A stretch of 63,985 nucleotides of DNA, filler included, from Intoshia linei (Eukaryota > Animalia > Orthonectida): NCBI GenBank assembly GCA_001642005.1. It is 8 parts of 8 records of this genome, joined end to end, with 100 filler letters (N's around TTAATTAATTAA, not from the genome) between each part and the next. Parts side by side here need not be neighbours in the genome. Positions count along the whole stretch, not along the records: positions 8,247 to 19,550 come from LWCA01001185.1; positions 19,651 to 36,435 come from LWCA01000849.1; 6 more parts are not named here. One strand, 5' to 3'. The stretch's first letter is position 1. Each line of letters begins with the position of its first letter. The position numbers and the translations under genes were made by a program. The notes under the pieces are model-generated. The model worked only from the letters and a program-made list of their open reading frames with translations. It was not told the DNA's origin and did no database searches. Shown here one piece after another: positions 13,316-25,759 of this stretch.

Positions 13316-14677
13316 ATGATTTACTTAGTTATTCTATTTACAGCACAAACTGTATATTCATTAATTTTACCTTTCCAGAAAGAAGCAATGTGTAAAGTGA
13401 AAAATTATCTAAATAATGGTATATCCGGTGTTGTGTTGTTTCATAACATTGATAATGAGGTTTATAATTCAATCGTTAAATTACCTGAATTTTAGTTTGG
13501 CCATGACGTCAAAATTGAACTGTCTATAATGGGACCTAAAAGATTTCTAAAGTTAGGTTATCACGGCATGCACATTCATAATTTTACGTCTGATATATAT
13601 ATTAACAGTATATTCAAATTGTATACATTTATTTATATATTACCAGGCTGTGATCAAGTTACACCTCATTATAATCCGTTCAATACTCTACATGGTGGTC
13701 CAAATATGCAAGTTCGGTAATAATAATACAATGTTATATAATATAATATTATGTATATTAGGGTGTCACATTTTTTAGAAATTTTAAGCATTTGATAGCC
13801 AATTAGAACTAAATGTGTGTATTTTTAAAATAGCAAACTATTTCGTAATTTAAAAACTTTAACGTTATCTATTCAAGTTGCTTAGGTCATTTTTATTGTG
13901 AATTATTCTTAACACTACATAAATGAACAGATTGAGAACTAATTTTCCATGATTTTTAGATACGTGTGACACCCCAATGCAGGGGTTCCCACACTTTTTT
14001 ACGGCGCACTGGTAATAAATTATAAAAGTTACTGCGGACCATTAAATCGAAATAACTAGGAAACATTAAAAAAATTAATTTGACGAAAATGTAATGAATT
14101 TACTATTAATTGGTACAAATTGTTTTGCGGACCATATCAATATTTTTCACGACCAGTACTGATCCACAGACCGGCATTTTGGAAACGCTACCCTAATGCA
14201 TACAGTATTTTTCAGACATGTAGGTGATTTGGGAAATTTCAAAGCTGTATCGTATAATTCTACTCATAATATCATGAATTCAACAATTATAGACCATTTT
14301 ATACAATTAATTTCGGATTATGCTATCGTGGGTCGCGCTTTGGTGGTAATTATTATTCTCTCTCGTTATTATTTATTATATTTTATTTGACATGTAATTT
14401 GTTAACATTATTAGTTACACAATGAAAAAGATGATTATGGATCAGGTCCTTTTACAGATTCCGTTATATCTGGTCACTCTGGTCAAAATGTGGCATGTGG
14501 ATTCATACGGTACAATGTGAACAGAGATTCACATTATCAATCACGTAAATAAATATTAATATTTTAAATAAAATGTATATCGTTTTAGATTCTCACAATA
14601 TCAAATTTGAGAAAACACAATTATTTATAGTCGTTATTTATTTTATGTTGTATTCTAAAAAATGTTATATAAATTAA
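13316..14677 (+). CDS. Secreted Cu/Zn superoxide dismutase paralogue B (SOD3-like) with hydrophobic tail
   Basis: Six exons: MIYLVILFTAQTVYSL (signal peptide)..AMCKVK, HGMHIH, CDQVTPHYNP..LHGGP, RHVGDLGN, LHNEKDDYG, SGHSGQNVACG, tail QLFIVVIYFMLYSKKCYIN*. Confidence 0.92.
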
Positions 14678-14869
14678 AATATAATCCTTACTTAAAAAAC
14701 ATTAATTAAAAATTTAGGGGATGCAACTGCACTTTCTGCACCCCTTGAATCCGCCCTGAATTTGTAACAATAAAAATTATTGATAACTAATCAATTATTT
14801 TGTTTTTCATAATTTTTAAAGCCCAACCAAATATTCACAAGCCCCACGTTGGGAATCACTGCTTTAGAG

Positions 14870-15664
14870 CTAAATCTTTAATTTACTCATATAAATTAAC
14901 ACCATATTTGTCATTTATCTGAATAGGACTAAATAGCAATACTAGGATTAATGCAGTGCTTCTCATGGAGGTGACTGGTCACCCCAAGGGGTGAATACGA
15001 AAATTTAGATGATTGTAAGCAAATTTACAATTTTCAACATATTTCTTTAAATCATCCAATTTATTATAATCTTATAAGAAAAAACCAAAATTTTACCAAC
15101 CCTTAAGGAAAAATCCCTTTTTACCAATATTTTTTTTAAAAAATCCATTTTTACCAAAACTACCCTATCTGATTTCAAAAGAAAAAACCAAATTTTACCA
15201 ACCCTTAAAGAAAAAAATAGCTTTGACCAATATTTTTATAAAAAATCCCATTTTACCAAATTAATAGATCAATAATTCTTTTTACTGATTCCATAAGAAA
15301 AAACCTGATTTAAAAAAAAATTTGAAAAATCTCCTTACTAATATTTTTTTGAAAAAACATTAATCATTAATTTTTCAGTAAATAATGAATAATAATTGGA
15401 CAACAGAAAAAAGTTCCATTAAAAACCAATTTGTTGATACATTAGATTTGAAGACATAAAAAAAGATATCAGTGAGTGCCTTGATTTTGTGTGCCCTTCA
15501 TTAACATTTGAGAAACTGAGGCAAAGTCAAGAATGTAACTTTTTAATTGAAATACTTTAAATAGACCTTGAATAAAATCTCATTCGAACTTTTCAATTTG
15601 AAGTAAAATGATATATTGCATTATGATCAGATGTATAGACCACGGCAGCACGTTGTGCACCCCT
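14870..15664. mobile_element. Partial non-autonomous hAT element, same family as 50115-51150
   Basis: About 0.8 kb of co-linear similarity to 50310-51150, ending in the TIR tgtgcacccctg. Confidence 0.7.
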
Positions 15665-16040
15665 GTTTTAGATGTGTTGCTAACTTAAGAAAATTTATTA
15701 TTATTATATATACTTTTAAATTTATATATATTTTTACTTTTGACCGGCACTGTATAATAAATGTCAATATTGTCTGCTTATTCAAATGATATATCTGTTT
15801 ACTGTTGATGATTCAGCATTAAGCTGGAGGAAACATATCAAAATGGAGGTTTATTTTGGTAATATATATTATGCTCTTAACGGTACTTATTAGTTAATCA
15901 TATGATAACGCGTTAGTACGTAATTACTATGAATAAAAGCGAAATTTTGAAATGTAAATAAAAATAATTTTAATTTATAAAATTTAATTTTCAACTAATA
16001 ATTTAGTAATTAGTAAAAAATTTGTATTATTCATGAAAAT

Positions 16041-17293
16041 ATGAAAAATATTGTACAACACTGTTTAATAACAATTTGCATTTTGCATATGATAGTTTCG
16101 TATCGTCAACCATTATTTTTTTGTCATCTTAATGATCATAAAAAGAGTTCTATATTTGGTCAAGTAGATTTTAATGAGGTTTGTAATTTTTAATTGTTAT
16201 ATAATTATAGGTTGATTCGGTGATAGAAATTCGGGTATATATCATTGGGCCCAACAGATTTCTGCGGAGAGGAAACCATGGTCTACACATTCATGATAAT
16301 CCCGAAAATTATATATCAAGTAAATGATCATGAAAACAATAAAATTATTATTATTACAACAATTATAGATTGCGATCAAATTGGAAAACATTTCAATCCA
16401 TTTCATACTGACCATGGTGATCCACAAGATATCCCAAGGTAATAACATGCAATAATTAATTCTGCTTAATAATTATATTTAAGACACTTTGGTGATTTGG
16501 GAAATTTTAGCGCAGTTACATTCAATTCGACTCACAATGTTATAAATGAAATATTTATTGACCGCATGATAAAACAAAACACATATGGAATTCTTGATGG
16601 CCTCGCAATTGTGGTAAATATTATTTATACATTTTTGGATCATTTATTTTACATAATCAAAATTTTAACCCGCTAAATTTTTTTTTATATATATAAATTT
16701 GAAAATTAGATATAAACATCCCCTACGAAAAACTATATTCACAATTGGTTTTTTGAAAAAATTTTAAATATACTGTAACACACAGAAACATACATACAAT
16801 ATATTTTATAAATAAAAAATTTAATAATACATGTATAAAACAATAATATAGTATTGTTATGAGTAAAGGATATTGGTATGATATTAAATATTTCGTGTTT
16901 TAAGTTTTTAACTAACTTATTTTTACCTTAATTTGATTAATTTTTGTTGAATTAACTTTTTGATTAAATTTAAATCATGTTGAAGGGTCGTATTTCGGAC
17001 AAAAATTTTTTGTTTCGTTCGTACATATTACCTCAACACAATCCGATGCAAAACTCTATTACATACATAATGACATGTTACATATATAGTTACATGAAGA
17101 TTTTGATGACTATGGTAAAGGTTCCTTTAATGATTCTTTGACTACAGGACATTCTGGAAAAAAAATTGCTTGCGGAAGAATTACGTCAAGTATAAATATA
17201 TAGTAACTTAATGCAATTTTTATAGGCTCTACAACTATCAATTTCAACATGATATATTTATTTATAATTATGGCTTTATTCACATTATATTAA
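16041..17293 (+). CDS. Secreted Cu/Zn superoxide dismutase paralogue C with hydrophobic tail
   Basis: [20 protein letters not shown] signal peptide, [52 protein letters not shown], tail [22 protein letters not shown]. Intron positions match the other paralogues. Confidence 0.92.
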
Positions 17294-17855
17294 TAAAACA
17301 ATTGTCTACTCTTTAAAAATATTCTAATAATATATATTAATTGACAGCTTTTATAGGTATTCATATTATTTCCAAGTAATAAGCTACTTCTTTTAATCAT
17401 ACAAAAAAGTATACTAAATAATGACATGTGTTGTATTAATTATGAATAATGTTGTATCTGTTACTTCCAGAATCCGTTTGAGAAACGCCACCTTAGATAA
17501 CATGACTGAGATAATATATCCGTAAACATATATTTTTATGTTAATCTATAGTTTTTTTATTTGCCAATAATGCGAGTAATCAAGACATCCTCATATGTAC
17601 ATATAATGTGTATCATAAGATACTTGAATTAATTTTGAGTGTTTTATTACATTTTACAACTTAATTCCATTTATTGGATTAGCACATCAATAATTTAAGG
17701 ATATTACTTTAAATCGATTATTATGTAAAATTTAATTTCTGTAATTTATTATGCATTTTACTTGTATTTCGTCTGTAGTAATTTAAACATTTAATGTTCT
17801 ATATATTATGCACCCATAAAATGTTTTATCTTATTAACCTTATCTTTTCTTAAAA

Positions 17856-18741
17856 ATGAGATGCTTATATATTTTAATTACAGCAAAATATATACAAAGT
17901 ATATATGGCTTAATTTTACCTCTTCAAAAAGAAGCAAATTGTAAAATTAAAAATTATCTAAATAATGGAATATATGGTGTTGTGCTGTTTCATCTGATTG
18001 ATAAGAAGGTTTTAATTAAATTGTAAATATACTTAAGTTTAGTTTCATTATGACGTAAGAATTGAGTTATCAATAATGGGACCGAAAAGATTTCTTAAAT
18101 TGGGCTATCATGGGATGCACATTCATAATTTTACATCTGATACACATATTAACAGTATATTTAAAGTGTATACATTTATTTATATATTAACAGGCTGTGA
18201 CCAAGTTACACCTCATTATAATCCGTTTAATACTTTGCATGGTGGTCCAAATATGCAAGTTCGGTAACAATAATACAATGTATTATGCATATAGTTTTTC
18301 AGGCATATTGGTGATTTGGGAAATTTTATCGCTATAGAGTATAATTCTACTCATAATATCATGAATTCGACTACTACAGACTACGTTATACAACTAATAT
18401 CACATTATTCTATTGTGGGGCGTGCTTTAGTTGTAATTATATTCGTTTTTGTCATTAATTTATCATACTTTTATTTTATTTGTTAATATCATTAGTTACA
18501 TGACAAAAAAGATGATTATGGATTAGGTGTTTTTACAGATTCATCTATATCGGGCCATTCTGGTAAAAAATTGGCATGTGGATTTATAAGTTACAATTTT
18601 TACAACTCACGTAAATATATATTCACAATACATGCAGTTCAATAAATTAATATTTTTCTAGATGCGAAAAATCTCAAATATGAAATGATGTTTTTATTTC
18701 TAATTTTGTTTTTATTTAATGATTACAATTATTTAAATTAG
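17856..18741 (+). CDS. Secreted Cu/Zn superoxide dismutase paralogue D (closest to B) with hydrophobic tail
   Basis: MRCLYILITAKYIQSIYGLIL.., HGMHIH, CDQVTPHYNP..LHGGP, RHIGDLGN, LHDKKDDYG, SGHSGKKLACG, tail EMMFLFLILFLFNDYNYLN*. Confidence 0.92.
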
Positions 18742-21139
18742 ACAATACTAATAAATAAAATATAAAAAAATATATAAATGATGAAAATTTACTTTCAAAA
18801 CAAATTAATATTGGTCAAACATGTCATATTTATTAAATCGTTAATATTATATATTATACCAGTTTTAGAATCTTAACTTTCAATGTATGATCAATGTTGT
18901 GATTTTAAAAACTATTCCCGAATTTATGTTATATAAAATTCTAAAAGTTATTTCAAAAATAAAAAAAAAGAGCAAGTTGTGTGTTTGACTATGAAGGACA
19001 CAATTTCTGAAAATAAAATTTTCGATAGAACATTATACTTGAAAAACTGTATTATATTGTCTCGTATTATATAGATCAGGGTGCACATTGTGCACTGCAC
19101 AACCTGCGGCCGTGGGCCTGTGATCATAATGCAATATATCATATTAATATAAATTCAAAAGTTAAAATGACATTTTATTCAAGGGAAATTTAAAATATTT
19201 TAATCAAAAATGTAAATTTTTGACTTTGCCCCAGTTTCTCAAATTAGACTAAACTTTCAAAAATTTAAAATTTCGATCTCTTTGGGCCGATTCAAGTTTT
19301 TGCATAAGATACAAAATTTACTATTATTAAATAAATAAAAATTAATAAAAAGTTATTATTTATGTGTGTAATTAAAGCATGTTAAAATGTTGGCATCTTT
19401 TTAAAATGACTTAATTTAAATTTTGTGGTAGATTTATTGCAGGGCTGGCCAAATTGATTTTTTAGAGATCGACTTTATATTTTTTAAAATACTAGTGATC
19501 GACTATACTGAAATTTAATAAGTAATAGGACATTATAATATAAATTAAAANNNNNNNNNNNNNNNNNNNNNNNNNNNNNNNNNNNNNNNNNNNNTTAATT
19601 AATTAANNNNNNNNNNNNNNNNNNNNNNNNNNNNNNNNNNNNNNNNNNNNTTAAATTTTGCTTATTATTCATATTTTGAAGTGCTTTGCCCCAGGGTTTT
19701 TTTTTAATTCTTTTTATGTAATTTTTTAATAATTGTGTATCATTCAACCCATCTTCTACGTATGTGGTGGAACTTTTGTATTTTCGCAAAAAATTGAAAA
19801 AATTCACACCAGTATCCTATATACTTGATTACTTAAAAAATTAGTTTTAAAAATCATAAATATTTTGTGTCAAATTTAAATTGTCAACCTTGACGCTTGC
19901 ACGGATCGTTATTTTTGTTAAATGGCAATCTTATTTTTCAAATTGATAGCTTAAAAAATTATTTTTAAATATCGTAACTGTTTTTTGGGTTAATTTTAAA
20001 ATGTCAAATCAAATTGTAAAATAGGGAAAATTATTTGGGTAAAAAAATTGAGGTTATTTTTAATTTGGTGTTTCGAATAGGGTAGATCCGGCTCTGTTCG
20101 TGTGCATGGAATCCATGTGGATATTTAAAAGTTTATTTTTATAAAATTGAATTTTTTGAGGTAAAAATTTATGTCAACTCTATTTTTCTGATTGTTTATA
20201 TTTTAAAAGATTCGATAATATGATTAAAGCTAGGTCCCGATTTAAATAGTGTACTGACCCCCATTTCAAAATATTTATTTTTTTTGGACGCCAAAGGAAA
20301 CATGAAATATAAATCATTAATAAAATAATTACATTTTTTTCTTATAAGATTTGGTAAAATCTGATTTTTTATTTTGGGTTTTGGATTAGGTAATTGTTGT
20401 TAATAAGATTTGAAATAAAAGAAGTAGAATAAAATTAAAATTGGATTTTTCAAAAAAATATCGGAAAAAGAGGTTATTTTATTTGAGCGTTGGTAAAATT
20501 GGATTTTTATTTTGTAGTTGAAATAAGTGGTTTTTTCTCATAAGATTTGGTAAAATTATGTTTTTCAAAAAAAATATTGAAAAAGTGGATTTTTCTCTGA
20601 GGGTTGAAATTGCATTTTATATTAAATTTTATTAATGGTGGAATAAAAGTGGGATTTTTAAAATAATAATGTAGCAGTCGTCTAGGATTTGGGATAAATT
20701 CCCAACATCTGGCAACTAACCAATCTGCAATCAATATTAAAAATTATCCTATAAAAATAAACAAAAGTTGATAGAAATTTTTCAATATTTTATTCGAATC
20801 TGACGGACCCCAGGCATATAGTTTTGAACCCAAATAGGAAACCACTGGATTAAAGCAAAGTTTAATACATGGTAAGTGACCAGTGACTTAGAAAGGTTTT
20901 GTATGATAAATTTTAATTTAATGGAGTCGTGCTGATTTTGAAATGGGTATTTATTCAAATTTTAGACTTTACGATATGCTGCAAATAGTATCTTCAAAAA
21001 AGAAGATTGTAAAAATATCATGGTCATTTCAAAAAATTTGTTCTTGACTGCACTTTTATCTAAATATGGTATATTCATTATTTTACTTTATGTATTTTCG
21101 ATAGTTACATCAAGATAATAATAATAATATCAATTTAAA

Positions 21140-22030
21140 TAAGCTGTATCAGAATAATCATTTTTTGATTGTACGACTATTAATTATTTCAAATTTTTTG
21201 TTTTAATAAAATAGTTTCGAATTAAAAAATGAATACTAAAGTGATTTTTTAATAATGAAGGCGTCACTTTATCAGATTTTAATTTTTTATGTGTGTTAAC
21301 AGGATATAACTGTATCATCTGTAATATTTTTTAAATTCTAGGGCTGTTTTCATTTTTAAAAAAAGGGTAATCTGGGTTTTTGACCATGAAATTTACCTTT
21401 TTTGAAGTTACCATTTATGATAATGCTTATGAATTGAAAAACCATTCCATAATGTATGTTGTATAAAATTATAAGACTTTCTTAATTTTTATAAAAAAGG
21501 GTAATTTGTAGTTTTGGCCGTGAAGATAAAATTTTGAAATTGAAAATTATTTGAATACAGTGAAACCTCTTTATAAACAAACCTTTCTCTAAACAAATTA
21601 TCATGCTTTTAAAAATATATTAATTTTATATAATTTGTTTATTACATTTTCACATGTCAAGTTTACGTTGTATGGAATTTTTATGACACTTATCACGCTT
21701 TTTTGATACTCCAAAAACAAATTAGTGGTTACATTTTCAAAATCGTTTGTTTATAAAGAGGTTTCACTGTATTAGTGAATGTAAGACGTTTTATTAGAAT
21801 TTGTATTTTTTATAATTCTAGGACAGGTTTGTATTTAAAAACAAAGGACAATTGGGTTTTTAACGTTGAAGAACTTAATTTCTGAAATTCAAATTTGGAT
21901 AAAACACCACTCTGGAAAAACTGTTATAAGAATATGGAATTTGTAAAACTCGACTCCCCTTACTTTCTTAAATAAACTGGAATAAAAAAGTATATAAAAA
22001 GACATACATTTTTAACCATTTTATTTTATA
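21140..22030 (+). repeat. Abundant ~0.7-0.9 kb interspersed repeat, probably a non-autonomous DNA transposon
   Basis: Core ...tgtgtgttaacaggatacaactgta... and sub-repeats gggtaatttgggtttttgacc recur at ~29850-30100, ~33550-33820 (rev), ~43060-43590, ~55620-56260 (rev) and ~61650-62260. Partial copies at ~5640-5870 and ~11900-12170 (rev). Confidence 0.75.
21558..21769. mobile_element. pogo/Tigger-type MITE nested in the larger repeat
   Basis: Perfect 25-bp TIRs cagtgaaacctctttataaacaaac / gtttgtttataaagaggtttcactg flanked by TA on both sides. Confidence 0.9.
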
Positions 22031-22379
22031 TAAGTAAGGATGATTATTAAATATTGATTACAATATTCGAAATATTACATATCAAATATCACTATGATAT
22101 AAGTTATGTCTTACAACTGGGGTGGAAAACTTTATGGAAGATTCTGATAATTAGGCGGACAGGATCATTAAAAAGTTGACTAATAATTCATTATTTTTTT
22201 ATGTTGACTTTACTAATAATTCATCCATTCTATAAAAACTTTCCTATCTTATCAAAGAAATTTTGCATCAAATCACAATTAACCCTTGATAATTACTACC
22301 TACTGTTAGTATTTGTTAAAATGACAGTGGATTAAAAAAATATAAAATAAATTAATGTAGAAAAATTAAAAATAATAAG

Positions 22380-23323
22380 ATATGCGAGTCGAATGAATTC
22401 AGTTCGCTGGCCGTTTATTGCCCCACACTTCCCTGTAAGTATCCGTATCCTCAAAAAAGTACTATTATTATTATATTTAGTAAACTTGGATGTTTGTCAA
22501 GTTGAATCTCATTTACCTGAATCAATATTACCCATTTTAAAATTCAATGAATTGTTGAAGAATAATTTTGATCCGAATGAAAAAATGAAATACTATTACA
22601 AAAATATTTATGGTTTTATTTTTTTTTTAAATCAGTATATTTGCTAGATAGAGTTGGTATAATGACAAGATTAAACGATTGCTTATTTTGTCCAAAGATG
22701 ACATTTGATATGGTAAATGTATATATTATAATTAGGGCGTTTTTTTTAACCTATAAAAACAAAAAAATTAAACTTTATTAACTTAATCAAATTTTAATTA
22801 GCCAAAATACATTTAAAATTATTATCATTGTGATTATAATTTGATGCGTATGTATTTTTTGCAAGTTATTTAAATAGTTTCTAATATTCATTTTAGATAT
22901 TCGTTACAATTGACAATATTGATGTGTTAAATTATTTGGAATATTACATACCTTCATTAAAGGCCGGATCCATTCTTACATTTGCCGTCAACAAGTTTAA
23001 TAATTTAAAATTAATGTAATTTTAATATCAAGATTGCATCACATTACCAAATGCATCATTTTCAAAAAAAAATTTAACTTGACACTATTATCAATTGAAT
23101 TTGCCGATTGTGAACAATTTCATATTCAAAATTTTAAATTTAATTATCAAGGTAAAATTTATATAAAAATAAATAAATAAAAATAATTTTTAGACGATTG
23201 TGTCATTAAACCTGAATCTGAACTAATGTATTCTCATGGTATATATTAAAATATTTTACAAAGAAATGTATATTTATTTTAGGTTACGTAATAACATTGA
23301 TGAAATGCAACACTTGTAAATAA
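22380..23323 (+). CDS. Multi-exon gene, divergent class I SAM-methyltransferase-like (possibly TRMT61/GCD14 family); start uncertain
   Basis: Seven short exons join through GT-AG introns into an open frame containing TFDMIFVTIDNIDVLNYLEYYIPSLKAGSILTFAVN and SELMYSHGYVITLMKCNTCK*. The FD.IF....LK.G..L pattern is typical of Rossmann methyltransferases. Confidence 0.5.
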
Positions 23324-23334
23324 AAGTATATTTC

Positions 23335-25593
23335 TCAATTGAAAACCATTTCTTTAAGTGAATCAAAGGATTGGTTGTTCAAAGTTTGTATAAATTCTCT
23401 ATTTTGAGAAATTTTTGCAATGGATTCCTTTTTTTTTCTTTCCATAGTGTTATTTGGTGTTAAACATTCAATTTTATCATTTTTGAGATGGTCACAGTTG
23501 ACATCAAATAAGTTTATTTCGTTTTTTTCTTGCATCAAGTTCACGTCATTAAATTTATTCTGATTTTTTTCAGGTTCAACAAAATTATCAAATAAATTAT
23601 TCGAAGTTTCATTATCATAATTTAATAAATCTTTACCTTGATTTACCGGTTCTATGGTACAAGTTTCTTCTTTAGAGGATTGAAAATCACTAAACATGTC
23701 GGATTCAGATTTAATCTCATCTTTATTCTCTCTATTTGTTACAAATTCAGAAAATTCATCATTTTCATTATTAACTACGTTGTTCTCTAGTGTCTCTGGT
23801 ATAAAATTATTTTGTCTACATGTTTTACGGCTATACTCATTGGCATGCTTTTGGTGCATATTTCTATTTTTTATGTCAGCAACCATTGAATACGAAATTG
23901 AATCCTTGGCCCAGTTGAAGATATCGAAAGCTTTTTCCATAAAACTTTCGTTGCCGGTGTGTGTCATTCTTTCTGTTGGTATGTTATTTGATACGCCTTG
24001 GAATGAATTTTTGTTGTAGCTGCTTTGAGATTTTGAGTCATACAACTTTTTTCTCAATTGTTTTGCTCTTATTCTTTCTTCACGAATTTGACTATTTGAT
24101 TTCAATAAATTAACTAATTTTACAGCTTTTGTTCGAACATTGATACCTTGGTCCTTTTTATGAATGTCTAACTGTCTATATCCTTTCAGGTATTCAAATG
24201 AACTTATTTTTTCTCGGATTTGTTTGATGAATGTATCTGATCTAATTAAAATACTTTCAATTATAATTAGTTTTATATTATACTTACAACAGAAGACCAA
24301 CCAAGGAATATTTTGAAATTATTTAATTTAATGTAATTGCTCATTTTTAAGATAGGAAAAATAGAGCCAAACTATGCTCAAGAGCATAACATTAAAAAAT
24401 TTCCAAACGAGCGTCAAAAGAAGTTTATAACAGATGCGTAATGCCTACATCCCCAAGACTTGACAGTTTAAATGAACATAAAACACTTTGATTTTTGGAC
24501 ATCAATTTGGGCAAATGATGCTAAATTTTAAAAACATTTATATTAGGTAAGGGTTCTGGACGATAGGTTCCGCTCTGTGAAGACTTTTTATTTTTTAGGG
24601 AATTTGAACAATTATCAACACAAGAGGGTGAATTCCTTTATATGAGCAATCTATTATTAGTTTTTCAGAATGCAAAATACTCCAAAAACTGTTTTCTTCA
24701 AAATTAACACGAAATTGTTTTAACTTAGGTTTACATTTTATTCTGGGATTTAAAGGTCATTTTTTAAAAATATTTAAAATCAGGATTTAAGAGGTATTTT
24801 AAAATTCACCTATAATGTTTTTCAAAAACTCCATTTTATATTCATAATTGAATTGTAGACTCTATAATAGTTTATAACTTTATCAAATTAAATGTAAGTT
24901 ACGTCATACTAGTAATGTAAATACAAAATCTATTTGCAAAAGTATCATTGAAAATAAAGTTAGCTAAACGATAACTATAAAATAGCGTATTCTACCAGTA
25001 ACTATAACAAGATGATTTTCTCCAATCTCGACGAATATAAACTAATTTTTAAAAATACCATGACAAATAGTGATTGGCCAACCTTTGATGATCAGTTAAT
25101 TTTTAAATCAAAATTAACGATTCACAAGATACGAAAATTGGTATAAAAATAAGCTTAAATGAATTCACATTTAAAAAGGGATGTCGATTTTTTGAAATTG
25201 ATGAAGCAGACTAAAAATATTCCATCAATGAAACCGTATTAAATTTTTTTAAATTAATTTATCAAAATCAAATTTGATGAAAATAAACACTACCCATTTC
25301 CAATTAAATATTCAGTGAGAATTAGTGTTTTGTATATTCTTCTCCACCTGGTTTGATCTTCACCTATCCTCCTAATATCTAACTATATCGATTGAAAGGG
25401 TTTAACAATATTACCACATGAGGGCATTGATAATATCCAAAACGTTATCAGCGACAAACGTATATTGAGCAATTTCATGCATCATCTCTGGTAATGGGTG
25501 TTTAGCTTCATCGTTAGTTGTTTCTCGTAATTTAATTTCTATTTTGGAATAATTCATAATCTTGTTTTGAATCATTTCATTAATTTTCCACAT
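23335..25593 (-). CDS. CLINT1: Clathrin interactor 1 / EpsinR (ENTH domain)
   Basis: MWKINEMIQNKIMNYSKIEIKLRETTND, WRRIYKTLILTEYLIGNG, KDQGINVRTKAVKLV..IREERIRAK; acidic tail with DEFSEF and DMFSDFQS motifs. Three exons, with a ~1 kb second intron. Confidence 0.88.
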
Positions 25594-25759
25594 TTTAAGA
25601 ATTGAAAATCGGTAAAACAAATATGTATTCTGTTTCTAATTGTTTATCAATAAATATCAAATGTAATAATGTTTATTGCGAAATAGACCAATCATTAAAT
25701 ACAAAATTTAAAAAAGATGGCGACTTTAAAAATTATTTCGTGGTAAAATAGAAACTATA

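Noticed and set aside
10032-18741. Possibility that the SODs are Cu-only (fungal SOD5-type) or one multi-domain SOD-repeat protein
   Set aside because: Zn ligands and the electrostatic loop are present, and each copy has its own stop codon (B-D also their own signal peptide).
23696-24019. Hydrophobic 107-aa + strand ORF, and similar antisense ORFs at 16242, 25926, 34718, 53081 and 59989
   Set aside because: Shadow frames opposite real coding exons.
24380-24660. Possible piggyBac-like Cys-rich remnant in the CLINT1 intron
   Set aside because: Too degenerate to support by eye; no TIRs or catalytic motifs found.
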